Assembly: GCA_000708835.1 (NCBI GenBank)
Contig: DF237507.1
Coordinates: 1 to 50,220, forward strand
Direction: 5' to 3'
DNA: 50,220 nucleotides
Source: Klebsormidium nitens
Lineage: Eukaryota; Plantae; Klebsormidiophyceae
The position numbers and the translations under genes were made by a program. Every line of letters begins with the position of its first letter. Positions within the stretch are counted from its first letter, which is position 1. The notes under the pieces were generated by a model that did no database searches, was not told the DNA's origin, and worked only from the letters and a program-made list of their open reading frames with translations. This document shows, in pieces, positions 1 through 9,807 of this stretch.

Positions 1-1106
1 CTGCTAGCAATAAACCAGCAAGCTTTCGGCTTCCTCCCCCATAATATGAAGTACGCGTGCTCAACTAGCAAGCCTCGTAGTCCTAAAGCGCGAAAACCCG
101 GTGGTCTACTTGCGTTCGGATACCCTTCGGATTGAGATAGGACTTTTATCTCCACTTCCATGCATGGGGTATATCTGTCGCGCCTGTCAGACAAAATGTA
201 AGAGGGTGGTGTATCCAACACGTCAACCGGCCACATGCCCATCGAGTCAAATTCTAATTAGAACCATTTCTGATATATCACATAGTTCCCCTTGCGCCGC
301 TTTTGATCGACATGACATGTCGTAAGCTTGCACCCTGCTGGCGGCACTGAAAATTGCATGAAGCTGGTCAAGCCCTTGATCGCACTTTGGCCAAGTGGCC
401 GGCGTGGCCAAGATAAGCTTTATTGCATGTACTAGCGTGCGCAAGCTAGCCGGTCTTGCATGGCAACTTTTCCACGGCAACGCCCTTTCTTTTTTTGCTG
501 CACCGTCACATCCGGCTAGGACTCCCACTGAAGTTTTCCCTGAGGTCCATACAGGCTGTATATTGCAGAGCTCTACACATCGCGAGCTAATATGGGCCGC
601 ATGCCAGAGCGTGCCACAAAGCTCTACAGATTTCGACTTCCGACCGATTGTCGCTCTGTTACCTAGACACGTGGCTCTTATGTATACAGCATGGGCGACT
701 TCAATATGCTTCAAAGGCTGTACGTGTCAAATGCATCTAGCTAGCTACTCAATAGAAAAGCGTACGGTCCTAAGACAGGCTGACTTACACATGCAGGTGA
801 AAGAGTCCGGTGCCCGGCAGTCCTAAGAAACATTGATTCAACTCTGCGTGCACTATTGTCGTACTTGATCGAAGAAAATCGTCGCATATGTAACGACTGC
901 GTACTACCTCCTAATAAGCTCAATACCTGTCAACAATAGGTGCCAGCTCACACGCATATCCATTGATCAACATGAAGTTGTTGGATATAAGGACCCAACT
1001 ACAGCAGACTTGTACAATGATAGAACAGCCCACCACCTAGTCGTTAACCACAATTTAAGCCACCGTGCTAGTTAGCAGTAACTAATCTTTGACTATCATG
1101 CCACGC

Positions 1107-4100
1107 TTATGCAGCGCCTAACGACCGTCCCAGTATGAACCACGTCGTCGTGCACAGCGCTCCAAAGCTGGTGTGGACGAAGAAACGGTCCAGCACAAAC
1201 CCGTAGACCGAGATGCCGGCAGTCGAATGCGTCAGGTAATTTACTGCAAAGAGAAATGGACCGCGGTCTACAAAAGGAGAATTGCGTTGAGGAAGTAGTT
1301 TGACTAGACTAATCCGCAGAGAATGCGATTTGCGTTAGAAGAGCTTTAGCCAAAGTCTACCTCAAGCGGAGCCCTCCATTCGCAGCTCCTGCTCCTTAGT
1401 GATGAGCGAAGCAATGTGCGTAGAAAGGAAGGTGCATCCTCTGTTGCGCCCGTTTCGACTTTGGCGGTGCACGTGAATCCTCGTCCCTGCTGAACGCGAT
1501 TCATTCAAGCCACGGATACGTCAGCGTTCCTCCTTTTTTTTCCTCAGCTCACAAACAGCCCGCTTTCGAAAGTGCTGAATCTCTGAGTGCTCTTCCTGCC
1601 AAAACGTGAGCCTTGGCAAGCCGCCCCTCGAATCCGACTTGACTCTTTTGTAACCAGACCAGATGCAATCCGCGCGAATCCGTCTACTCAGATGCATTCA
1701 ACTCGATTCCTGTTTCCAGAGCAGCAGAACCAGCTCAGGATTGCCTGAGTCGAGGAGGTTTCGATCCTAAAACCTGACTTCTGAATACCCAGAAAACCAG
1801 GCTTTGAGGGCGACAGACCCCTTCGAAGCCCCTCACTTAGGACATCCAGATGCTCCAGACTTGGCACTAGAATCGTCAGAACCTCCTAAAACTAAATTTC
1901 AAGAGATCCTCCCCAAGCCCGCTCACCGAGCGCCGCCCTCTGCTGGTACGCGTCCGCCCGCCGGATCCACGCCTGCAGCATTTTGGCCGTCTGGCTCTCG
2001 CCCCCCCCCTCCTCCGCCAGCTCTTCCAGCCCCCCCGGCGAGGAGAGGCCGGCCGGAGATGACGCCATCCGGAAGCCGAAGTCGCACGACCGCTCGGCGT
2101 GCATGCTGGACGCGAGCTTGACGATACGCCGGTGGAAGTGCGCGATCTTGGACGCGGCCTGGAGGCAGATGAAGCCGCCGTTGACGTAAACCCAGTTGCA
2201 AACCTGCGCGGGTTAGACAATAGGTGAGTTTTTGAATTCGTCTTTAAAATGACAACGCGATCGTGTAGGCGGATAAAGCCGCCGTTTGACGTACACCCAA
2301 TTGCAAACCTGCGCGGGTTAGACGATGGGTGAGTTTTTGAATCCTTCTTTAATGTGACAACGCGATCGTGGAGGCAGATGAAGCCGCCGTTGACGTAAAC
2401 CCAGTTGCAAACCTGCGCGAGTTCGACAATGGGTGAGTTTTTAAATTCTTCTTTAAAGTGACAACGCGATCGTGGAGGCAGATGAAGCCGCCGTTGACGT
2501 AAACCCAGTTGCAAACCTGCGCGGGTTCGACAATGGGTGAGTTTTTAAATTCTTCTAACAAAATGACAACGCGATCGTGGAGGCAGATGAAGCCGCCGTT
2601 GACTTACACCCAGTTGCAAACCTGCGCGGGTTAGACGATATTGGTTCTTGCATCATGATCAAGATGGTCAACTGGATCTAGGACGCATTGTAGAGGCAGA
2701 TAGAGCCGCCGTTGACGTAAACCCAGTTGCAAACCTGCGCGGGTTAAACGATACTGGTGTTTGAATCGTACTTGAGTCTCGACCTAGGACCAACTTGAAG
2801 GCAGATGAAGCCGCCGCTGACGTAAACCCAGTTGCAAACCTGCGCAGGTCATACGGTGAGGTTCAGGCTGTAGGGATTGAGATCGAGTCGAGATCATGTT
2901 TGAGAAATTTGCGGGCGTTGAGAAGGTTTAACGGTTGGCCGTGACATCCCTCAAAGACTGAACGTTAACTCTTCTGCGAGACGGCGCGAGAGCTGTCTCG
3001 CTCACATTCCAGTAACTGAGAATGGCCAAAACCTTAACCGCCCTCAGGCCACCCACCACAACCGACAGACAAGTGCTTCGCACCGAAGGCTGGCGGTGAC
3101 GTCAACAGAAGGCGGTCGGAACAAGGGGCGCAGCTTACGATGAGGTCCCCCGAGTTGAGGAACGTGAGGCTATCGCTCTTTTCTCGCACGACGTTGTACA
3201 TGGACGCGAGCAGTCCGAACAGGATGAGCACGCCCGACCACGCCAGGAATGCGCGAAACCGGTGGCTGATTGTCACCAGGCCTGCGGAAAGTGGAGTTTA
3301 ATTTTGATGGTTGGTGGCAGAACGCTTCTCAGATTGAACCTTTGGGGTGGTGAACCTTTTTCATGTCGAACCGGTTGCCAAGACAGTGTTTCGGAGAGAT
3401 GAGCAGGCCAGGAATACCGATACCAGGCCTACGGGTAAGGTTTCGAATGCTGGCGCTTCACATGGTGCACGGCAAACCAATGGTTGCTTAGCCAGTGTTT
3501 CGTAGGATGGTGATGGCCAGGGAAACGCAGAACATTGGCCAAGCGTCACCGGACCTTCTGGGGAGCGGAAGTAAGTTTTGGCATCAGCGATTAGATCGTA
3601 AGGACATCTGCTTAAGCGACTAGAGACGCTCTGACGAACGTCCTCAGAAAGCGAGGGATTGGAGTCATTCAGCGCGCAACAGCAGGGCCTTTTCAACAAT
3701 CGGGCCGGATGTCGACGGATATGCGAGGGTTCTGAAGAGCAACCCTTCGCATATTGATCTCAGGGAGCCATGCAAGGCCCATTTCCAAGAGAAAGAAACG
3801 CGTACGTCAATTGCAATGAACCAACACCGGTGTATCTTGCCTTCATTAAGAGTGCCGCTAAGTTGGTGGCGACGCGAAGCAACTCTGCGCTTCGAGGGCC
3901 GTCCCTTCAAGACCCCATTCGCTCGTGGGGAGTTTCACGATAGCCATTTGCGCAAGCGCGACAAAGGAAAAAAGTTTGTTTGCGCAGAGGAGCATGCTTG
4001 CGGAACCTCAAAGCACGCTCCGCCTTGTGATCGCGCTTGTACCGTTTGTATTCCGGCCTTCAATGTTTGATTCCGCTTCCGGTCGTAGACGGGCGGCTCA

Positions 4101-7100
4101 CCTTGGCAGAGGCGGACGTACTCGTGGAAGCACCAGGAAGGATCGGCCGCCAAGTCGAGCAGCTGGCTGTAGTAGCGCATCTTAAGCACCTGGGAAGGCA
4201 AAGCGACTCTGACTTTCTTTCGGGCCAAATCAAACCTGGCGTCCGCATGAAGCGACATCAGGATATGCAAGGGAGAGAGGAAAAGGCCGGGAACAACTGT
4301 GAGACGATAAGACAATCCGGAGCCAGACAGACGAGAGGAGACGACGCTTGACTAAGACAGGAACCGTAGAAAGTCAGTTGATACCATTACCAGCCTTTTG
4401 ACGTCCACGTCGCGGCAATCTCAGCACCCTATGAAACCTTCGGAATATCGGCAGACATTTTTAAAAAGCTAAAGCTCCCTAGGTCATGAACCCAGACCCA
4501 AGATCCGCCAAGGGATGCTTATCTGCAGCCCGCACATGCCCCCAGAATAAACCTGAGTTCAGGCCTGCTGACAATCAGCTCTGTCCCGTACGGTCCAGAA
4601 GCACCCCGCGCCCCCCTCCTATAGGACAGATAAAATCCTTAATTATCCAAAATCTAACTTTCCCCGCGGACGCTTTTCAATCCTAAGCGTTTGAAAATGC
4701 TGGAAAAAAAACGCACCTGCAGCCCGCAGATGCCCCAGAAGAGGACGCACACGTACAGGAAGCACACGGTGCGGAACACCCACGAGTATGACGTCAGCAG
4801 GATGAAGAGGACCTCGATGACGTGGGTGTGGCCGAGCGTGACCGGGAGCGGCGCGTGCGGGACCGTCAGCCACCACCACAGCTTCTGGGAGACGTGCAGC
4901 GCGAAGGCCGGCAGGAAGAGTCGCCCCAAAACGGTCAGGGCATCCTGGAAGAACAACGGTAGTGGAGTAAGATTTTGCGCTGGTTGTCGCCTCTAAGTAT
5001 CTTAGACACCTTAATATTGGGGCCGTCAAGCTCCGTCAGCTGCGCCCCCGTGGAGGGGTTCAAACCCCAAATCTTAGAACGCAATCTAACGTTCTTTGTT
5101 GCGCCCACCTGGAGGTGTTCGATACAGGCTTGCTGCACCGACGCGCCATTGAAGTCAACCTTCAACCTCAAAGCGTCAGAACGTAAAGCTCTGTAAGTAC
5201 CTGAAGGTGTTTGATGCAGTTTTCAAGGATTTGCAGAACCGAAAAGCAGAATCTCAAAACCCTGAAGGGAATGTATCTGCGCCCACCTGGAGGTGTTCGA
5301 TGTACGCTTCCTGCACGGACGCGTCCTCGACGAGCAGCACCTCGAGCAGCAGCAGCTTGCGCACGCCGTGCTTGGACACCAGGTGCGTCAGGAACGCGTA
5401 GCTCACCACCGCCAGCGACGTCTGCGTGCAAAGACGAGGGCGCGCGCGCGCTTTTATACACTCTCTAAGTTTTAGCATTTTCGCGAATTAGGTTTTTGGG
5501 CGTGCTTGGACACCAGGTGCGTCAAAAACGCGTAGCTCACCACCGCCAGCGACGTCTGCGCGCGGGAACGAAGGAGCGCGCATGTCAAGTTCTCATTGCG
5601 TTTTCACATTTTAGGGTCTTCAAGGTCTGCATATTTAAGACGTGCTTGGACACCGGGTGCGTCAGGAAAACGCGTCGCTCACCAACTGCCAGCAACGTCT
5701 GCGTGCAGAGACGATGGCGCGCACGCTCTTTCAATCCCGTTCTCAGATTTCAGGAGTTGAGTTTTAAGGGTCAGAGTTTTAGGCTTGCTTGGACATCAGG
5801 TGCATCGGGAACGCGCAGCTCACGACCGTCAGCGACGTCTGCACGCGGGAACGAGGGCGCGCGCGCGCTTTCAGCGTGTTAGGATGTCCAATCGTCAACG
5901 GCAGATCAGGCGAAATAGAGTAGAACAGAAACCGACTAGAAGAGACAGTTCGAGAAACGAAACGTCGGCTTATCACGAGGCTCCGGCGATTTGTGCTCCT
6001 TAAATCTAAGATGATTAAGAACTCTTGGCCTCGAAAACTTTCAAGGAGGCCCAGGCGCTGAATTAGCAGCTGGAAAGCGAACGAGTCGCTTGCTTCGAAG
6101 GTCCGCACCGAACTTATGTCTGCAAACATTCCGTGGGAATCTTACATTCCGGGAGCATAGTGTCGTCTGTTGGCCAGATCAGGATGCGAAACCGATATAG
6201 ACTCAGCGCGGAAGTAACCGGCGTTAAGTCTCCTAATGTCATAATGATGTATTCTCAGATCCTCGCCAAACCATGCACTGAGAACTGCACGGATGTAGCC
6301 ACAACGCTTCAATCGCACCGATCCGTCATCCGTGAAACCCGTGCCGGCCGTGTTTTCCCACCCTGCCACCCAAAGTTTATTTTTGAAAGAACGCAATGGT
6401 GTGACAAGCCCTTTGGAGAACTCGCTGAACAAAACTCGTTCAAGAGACTCCTCTCGATCCGAGTAGGTAGCCGTTTTCAAAGCCCCGAAATTTCCCGTCC
6501 AATCAGGGGTTCTTAATCATGTTAAGAAACTGACCACAGCCCCCTCTCAGTAACGTTGATAGTGATTCTCACCTCCAGGCTGAGGACGAGCCCCTTGAAC
6601 GGCAGCATACACTCTCAGTGGCGAAAGGTTTCGTGACGCTCCCAAAGAAAGTTCTTGGAAGTATCTTCTAACCACCCAAACCCTCTACATCTTACCAGAT
6701 TACGTATCCCAAACGGAAAGCCTCAAAAGCATACCCGCGCAACCCTCTAGAACACACGGAAACTCGCGCTTCTGAAACGCCCACCTCCAAACTGAGAACC
6801 AGCCCTCGGAACGGCAATGATGAAAGCAGCACCTCGTGAATTGCACGGCACCCAGACGTTCAACAACTCAGTATACCAAAGGAAAAATTCCGAAACGCCC
6901 ACCTCCAAAACCCACCTCCAAAACTCACTAGATGTCAAGAACATTGTGCTTTCAAAACGCCCACCTCCAAGCTGAGAACGAGCCCCCGGAACGGCAGCTC
7001 CTCCTCGCTCTCCTTGACGGGCCTGAGCCAGATATACTCCGCAAGGGGAACCGCCATGATGCAGAAAAATCCCAATACGCTGCCCAGCGCCGACGCCACC

Positions 7101-8690
7101 GTCCCGCTCTTCCAAAGGAGGACGAACGCGAGGGCGCGCCTGAAGCGCCGCTCCTGCCAACGATCCCACAACATCAGATCGATCTCGCAGTCAAGTATCT
7201 TAAGACTTTATGATTCGCAGTTAAGGATCTCAAGACATTATGGAATGGCAAGCACGAAGCCCAGCGTGCCTCCTAGCGTCAAATACACCGTCCCGCTTTT
7301 CCATACAAGTGCGAGGTCCAGGGCGGGCTGAATGCGCCGCTCAAAATAGATTCACGTTTTTGAGTGTTTTCAGTACTGATATCTTGACAAGGAGGGTGAA
7401 GGAGTTTCAGGTGTGCACGAAACGAAATATCGAAGATTTCTTGGGAAACTGTTCCAATTGCACTGCGCAAGGCCCAGGAGAATGATGCAAGCAGCCCAAC
7501 CTGTGGGTAAAACATCAGAGTCAAGGCCGAAGGGTTTATGGGTCAAGGATAGTTGCCTATTCGAAAATCTGATATTGAGGTCCTGCAATTACGATATATG
7601 GCTTGAAAATTGTGGTGATATGTACGAGCGACGTCATCTTGAGGGACGTTCCCAGTCACACATGGCAAAAGTTGGAAAAGGGGCTTCAACTGGTGCATGT
7701 CCGTTGTCTTCAGCGCAGGAAGTGTTGAGACTATAGGATGGCATTTTCAGCAAACTGGCCGGAATGAATCTCATCAACCACCAGAACAAGCTCAGGGCAA
7801 CTGCTGCTCTATCAAAAGGAAGCTTGAAGTCCAGCCACCGGTGCTTGCATGTGTCCATCATGGTTTTCTTCACTGTTCCTGTTGTACATCTGAGAAGTGA
7901 AGGAAGATGAACAGTTGACCTCATCAGCAACATCAAAGTCCTCCTCCCCTCATGAGTGCCTCATAAGTGCCTCGGTACGGTGCAACCAATTGGAGGTGAC
8001 GATCTCAAAAAGCTGACACCTGTCAAGCCGCCCCCCAACACGCATGCGCTCCCTTCTGGCCTCAAAAGCTCGCAAATGATGCATCATAACCCGTGGTTAC
8101 AATCTCAGAGTATTTTCCAAACACTCGCAGGAAATCAAGGGTACTCCGATGTAGTCCAGGAGGTTCAGTGACCTGCTTTTCCAGATGTCCTTTCCCATTT
8201 GCCCCCCATTCCCTCTTGCAGGTCAACCGCTCCTCTCCAATTGAAAAACGAAGCTCCTTGACATGATACTACACAAAGCATTTCAAAATGACGAGACAGG
8301 AAAAAAGCACCGCCAAACTCATGGCAACGGATAAGACAAGCTGTATCAACCCCCCACCTGCGCACTGATGCTCCTCAGGAGTGCCTCCTGCCCCTCCTCT
8401 GGCGACACCTTGCTCCCAAGCAGCGGCTCCCCTTGCGACTGCAAACTTTCCAAACTTGTCCTTCTCCCCAGGCCCACTTTCCCCAGGCTCTGCGTCGAGC
8501 GGAGCGCCGGCAGGTGGTCGAAGCTATTGGAGGGGGTACACTGCGCTGAGGGGGCGTCTTCGCCAATCTCAGGATCGTATCCCATTGGGATGTATAGTGG
8601 GGAGCGAGTTGAAAGGGAGCGGTCGATGCGCGAGGGCTTGGGGCCGATCGGGGCCTTGTCAAAGAGGGCGCTGCTTGGGGTGCGGGCCAT
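1107..8690 (-). CDS. DUF3537-family multi-pass membrane protein, 8 exons (8690-8358, 7153-6965, 5421-5287, 4944-4717, 4189-4102, 3281-3139, 2203-1927, 1243-1107), 509 aa
   Basis: All introns are GT-AG and the phases join into one 1530-nt ORF. Motifs match my recollection of land-plant DUF3537 proteins: FRRALAF; SYAFLTHLVSKHGVRKLL; QKLWWW; SWVFRTVCFLYVCVLFWGICGLQ; ISHRFRAFL; AASKIAH; AYQQRAALVNYL...GISVYGFVLDR. Confidence 0.88.
2161..2850. repeat. Tandem array of 7 units of about 104-113 bp, each made of the 3' end of intron 6 plus the first ~43 nt of DUF3537 exon 7
   Basis: The core GAGGCAGATGAAGCCGCCGTTGACGTAAACCCAGTTGCAAACCTGCGC recurs at about 2162, 2267, 2371, 2475, 2580, 2693 and 2799. 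The first copy is the real exon edge. Confidence 0.95.
5041..5148. repeat. Degenerate copies of the exon-3 donor end of the DUF3537 gene
   Basis: GCGCCCACCTGGAGGTGTTCGAT at about 5101 copies the true donor edge at about 5280. A more degenerate TGCGCCCCCGTGGAGGGGTTC lies at about 5041. Confidence 0.8.
5500..5860. repeat. Three degenerate copies of the exon-3 acceptor plus the first ~60 nt of exon 3 of the DUF3537 gene
   Basis: GTGCTTGGACACCAGGTGCGTCA...GCTCACCACCGCCAGCGACGTCTGC is repeated at about 5503, 5642 and 5786; the original is at about 5368-5425. Confidence 0.9.
6775..6930. repeat. Copies of the exon-2 donor end of the DUF3537 gene
   Basis: AAACGCCCACCTCCAA occurs at about 6775 and 6893, plus a partial ACCCACCTCCAA at about 6910. 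The copy at 6775 continues CTGAGAACCAGCCCTCGGAACGGCA, matching exon 2 at about 6955-6995. Confidence 0.8.
7243..7342. repeat. Degenerate copy of the 5' part of DUF3537 exon 2, in intron 1
   Basis: CACCGTCCCGCTTTTCCA...AGGGCGGGCTGAATGCGCCGCTC resembles the exon sequence CACCGTCCCGCTCTTCCA...AGGGCGCGCCTGAAGCGCCGCTC (about 7097-7153). Confidence 0.65.
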
Positions 8691-8720
8691 AATTGGAACT
8701 CACCCCTGAAAACTGCTTCT

Positions 8721-8898
8721 GTTGATCTGGGGGTTATTTGCCAGGGAGAACTAGATGAGTTGGTTCTTCTGCCTCGTTGTTTCTCTTCTTCTGCGTCCTA
8801 TCTGTCTTGTCGTTCAATCACATGTGGACCTGACCCCTTGAGAGTGTTGATCTGGGGGTACTATGCTAAAGGCAAGTTGATGAGTTGTTCTTCTGCCT
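8721..8898. repeat. Imperfect ~54-bp direct repeat just upstream of the DUF3537 start codon
   Basis: GTTGATCTGGGGGT...GATGAGTTG(G)TTCTTCTGCCT at 8721-8774 and 8846-8898. Confidence 0.75.
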
Positions 8899-9807
8899 TG
8901 CTCAGCTTCCCCTTCTACTGTGTCCCCTTAAGCCATGTTCTTCACCCTTGTCTGTGTCCTGTCTGTCCTTCAACCACAGAAGGTGAGAGGTTGGCTTATT
9001 GTATGAACGCCACTTGAGAATCCTTGAGTCTCAAAAATCTTCTGACAAGTCGCTTGCAACATTGGAACGATTACTTTTGAAGTAAAAGGCTCTTCGAGCT
9101 CAAGCTTGACAGACTCTCCACCTTCCCCAAACAGAGCGAGATGTAATCAGCATGGGGCAATGCTGCTTCACAGCATCAGAAGGTTTTTGATCGTTCTGAG
9201 CATTCCCGTCCACCATTTGAAAGTCCAATGCAGCGTCTGGTGATCAGAAGCCCATGTTACGGCACGTCTCCACATTGCTCGTGCCTTGTTGAACGTCTCC
9301 TCACATGCTTTCAGTGCTGTCTTGGTTTCTTTTAGGATGCAGCAATGCAAAGCTGGCAACAAGCTGAGCGTTGAACAGCTTTTAGGTATAGAACTGGAGA
9401 TCGCCACCATTGTGACTCTGACTTTTGAGTCCCAGCTGTCGCAATTTTTCACAAATTGTGACAGCTGGCTGAGCTGCCACATAGCGTCGAGGGAATCCTG
9501 AGCAATCATTCCGCGCCACTCCGCGCAACTACTTTAAAATAGTCGCTAGCGGAATCAGTGTTCCCTGGACTCAATGTATTTTAGGTGCGGAATCACCGTT
9601 TCCGCTCGTTCCGGTGCTGCACAAATTAGACGGAACCAGGGATTGCTCGGGCCTGATGGAGATTGCCATTTGAATTTTGCCAGTGATGTTCACAAACTTG
9701 CAATTTGATAATATTATTATGCTTGACGAAATGCTAGGACACTGGCCAGCATAGATGAAGCTTTGAAAAGGCAGCCAATTTGGACGAGAATCATCACTGC
9801 AGACATC

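Noticed and set aside
247-714. 155-aa ORF with faint resemblance to a hAT dimerisation motif (LILATPAT)
   Set aside because: It lacks the conserved ERxFS signature, and no termini or supporting upstream ORF were found.
2161-2850. CRISPR-like repeat/spacer appearance
   Set aside because: The repeat is a copy of an exon edge, units are about 105 bp, the first four 'spacers' are homologous to each other, the context is eukaryotic and no cas genes are present.
5779-6516. ORFs in DUF3537 intron 2 (e.g. 6142-6480 on -) as a nested gene
   Set aside because: No family recognised and no clear gene structure; cannot be supported without a search.
9168-9509. 113-aa ORF between the DUF3537 and tatB starts
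   Set aside because: No recognisable motif and no phase-compatible link to either gene; probably promoter or UTR sequence.
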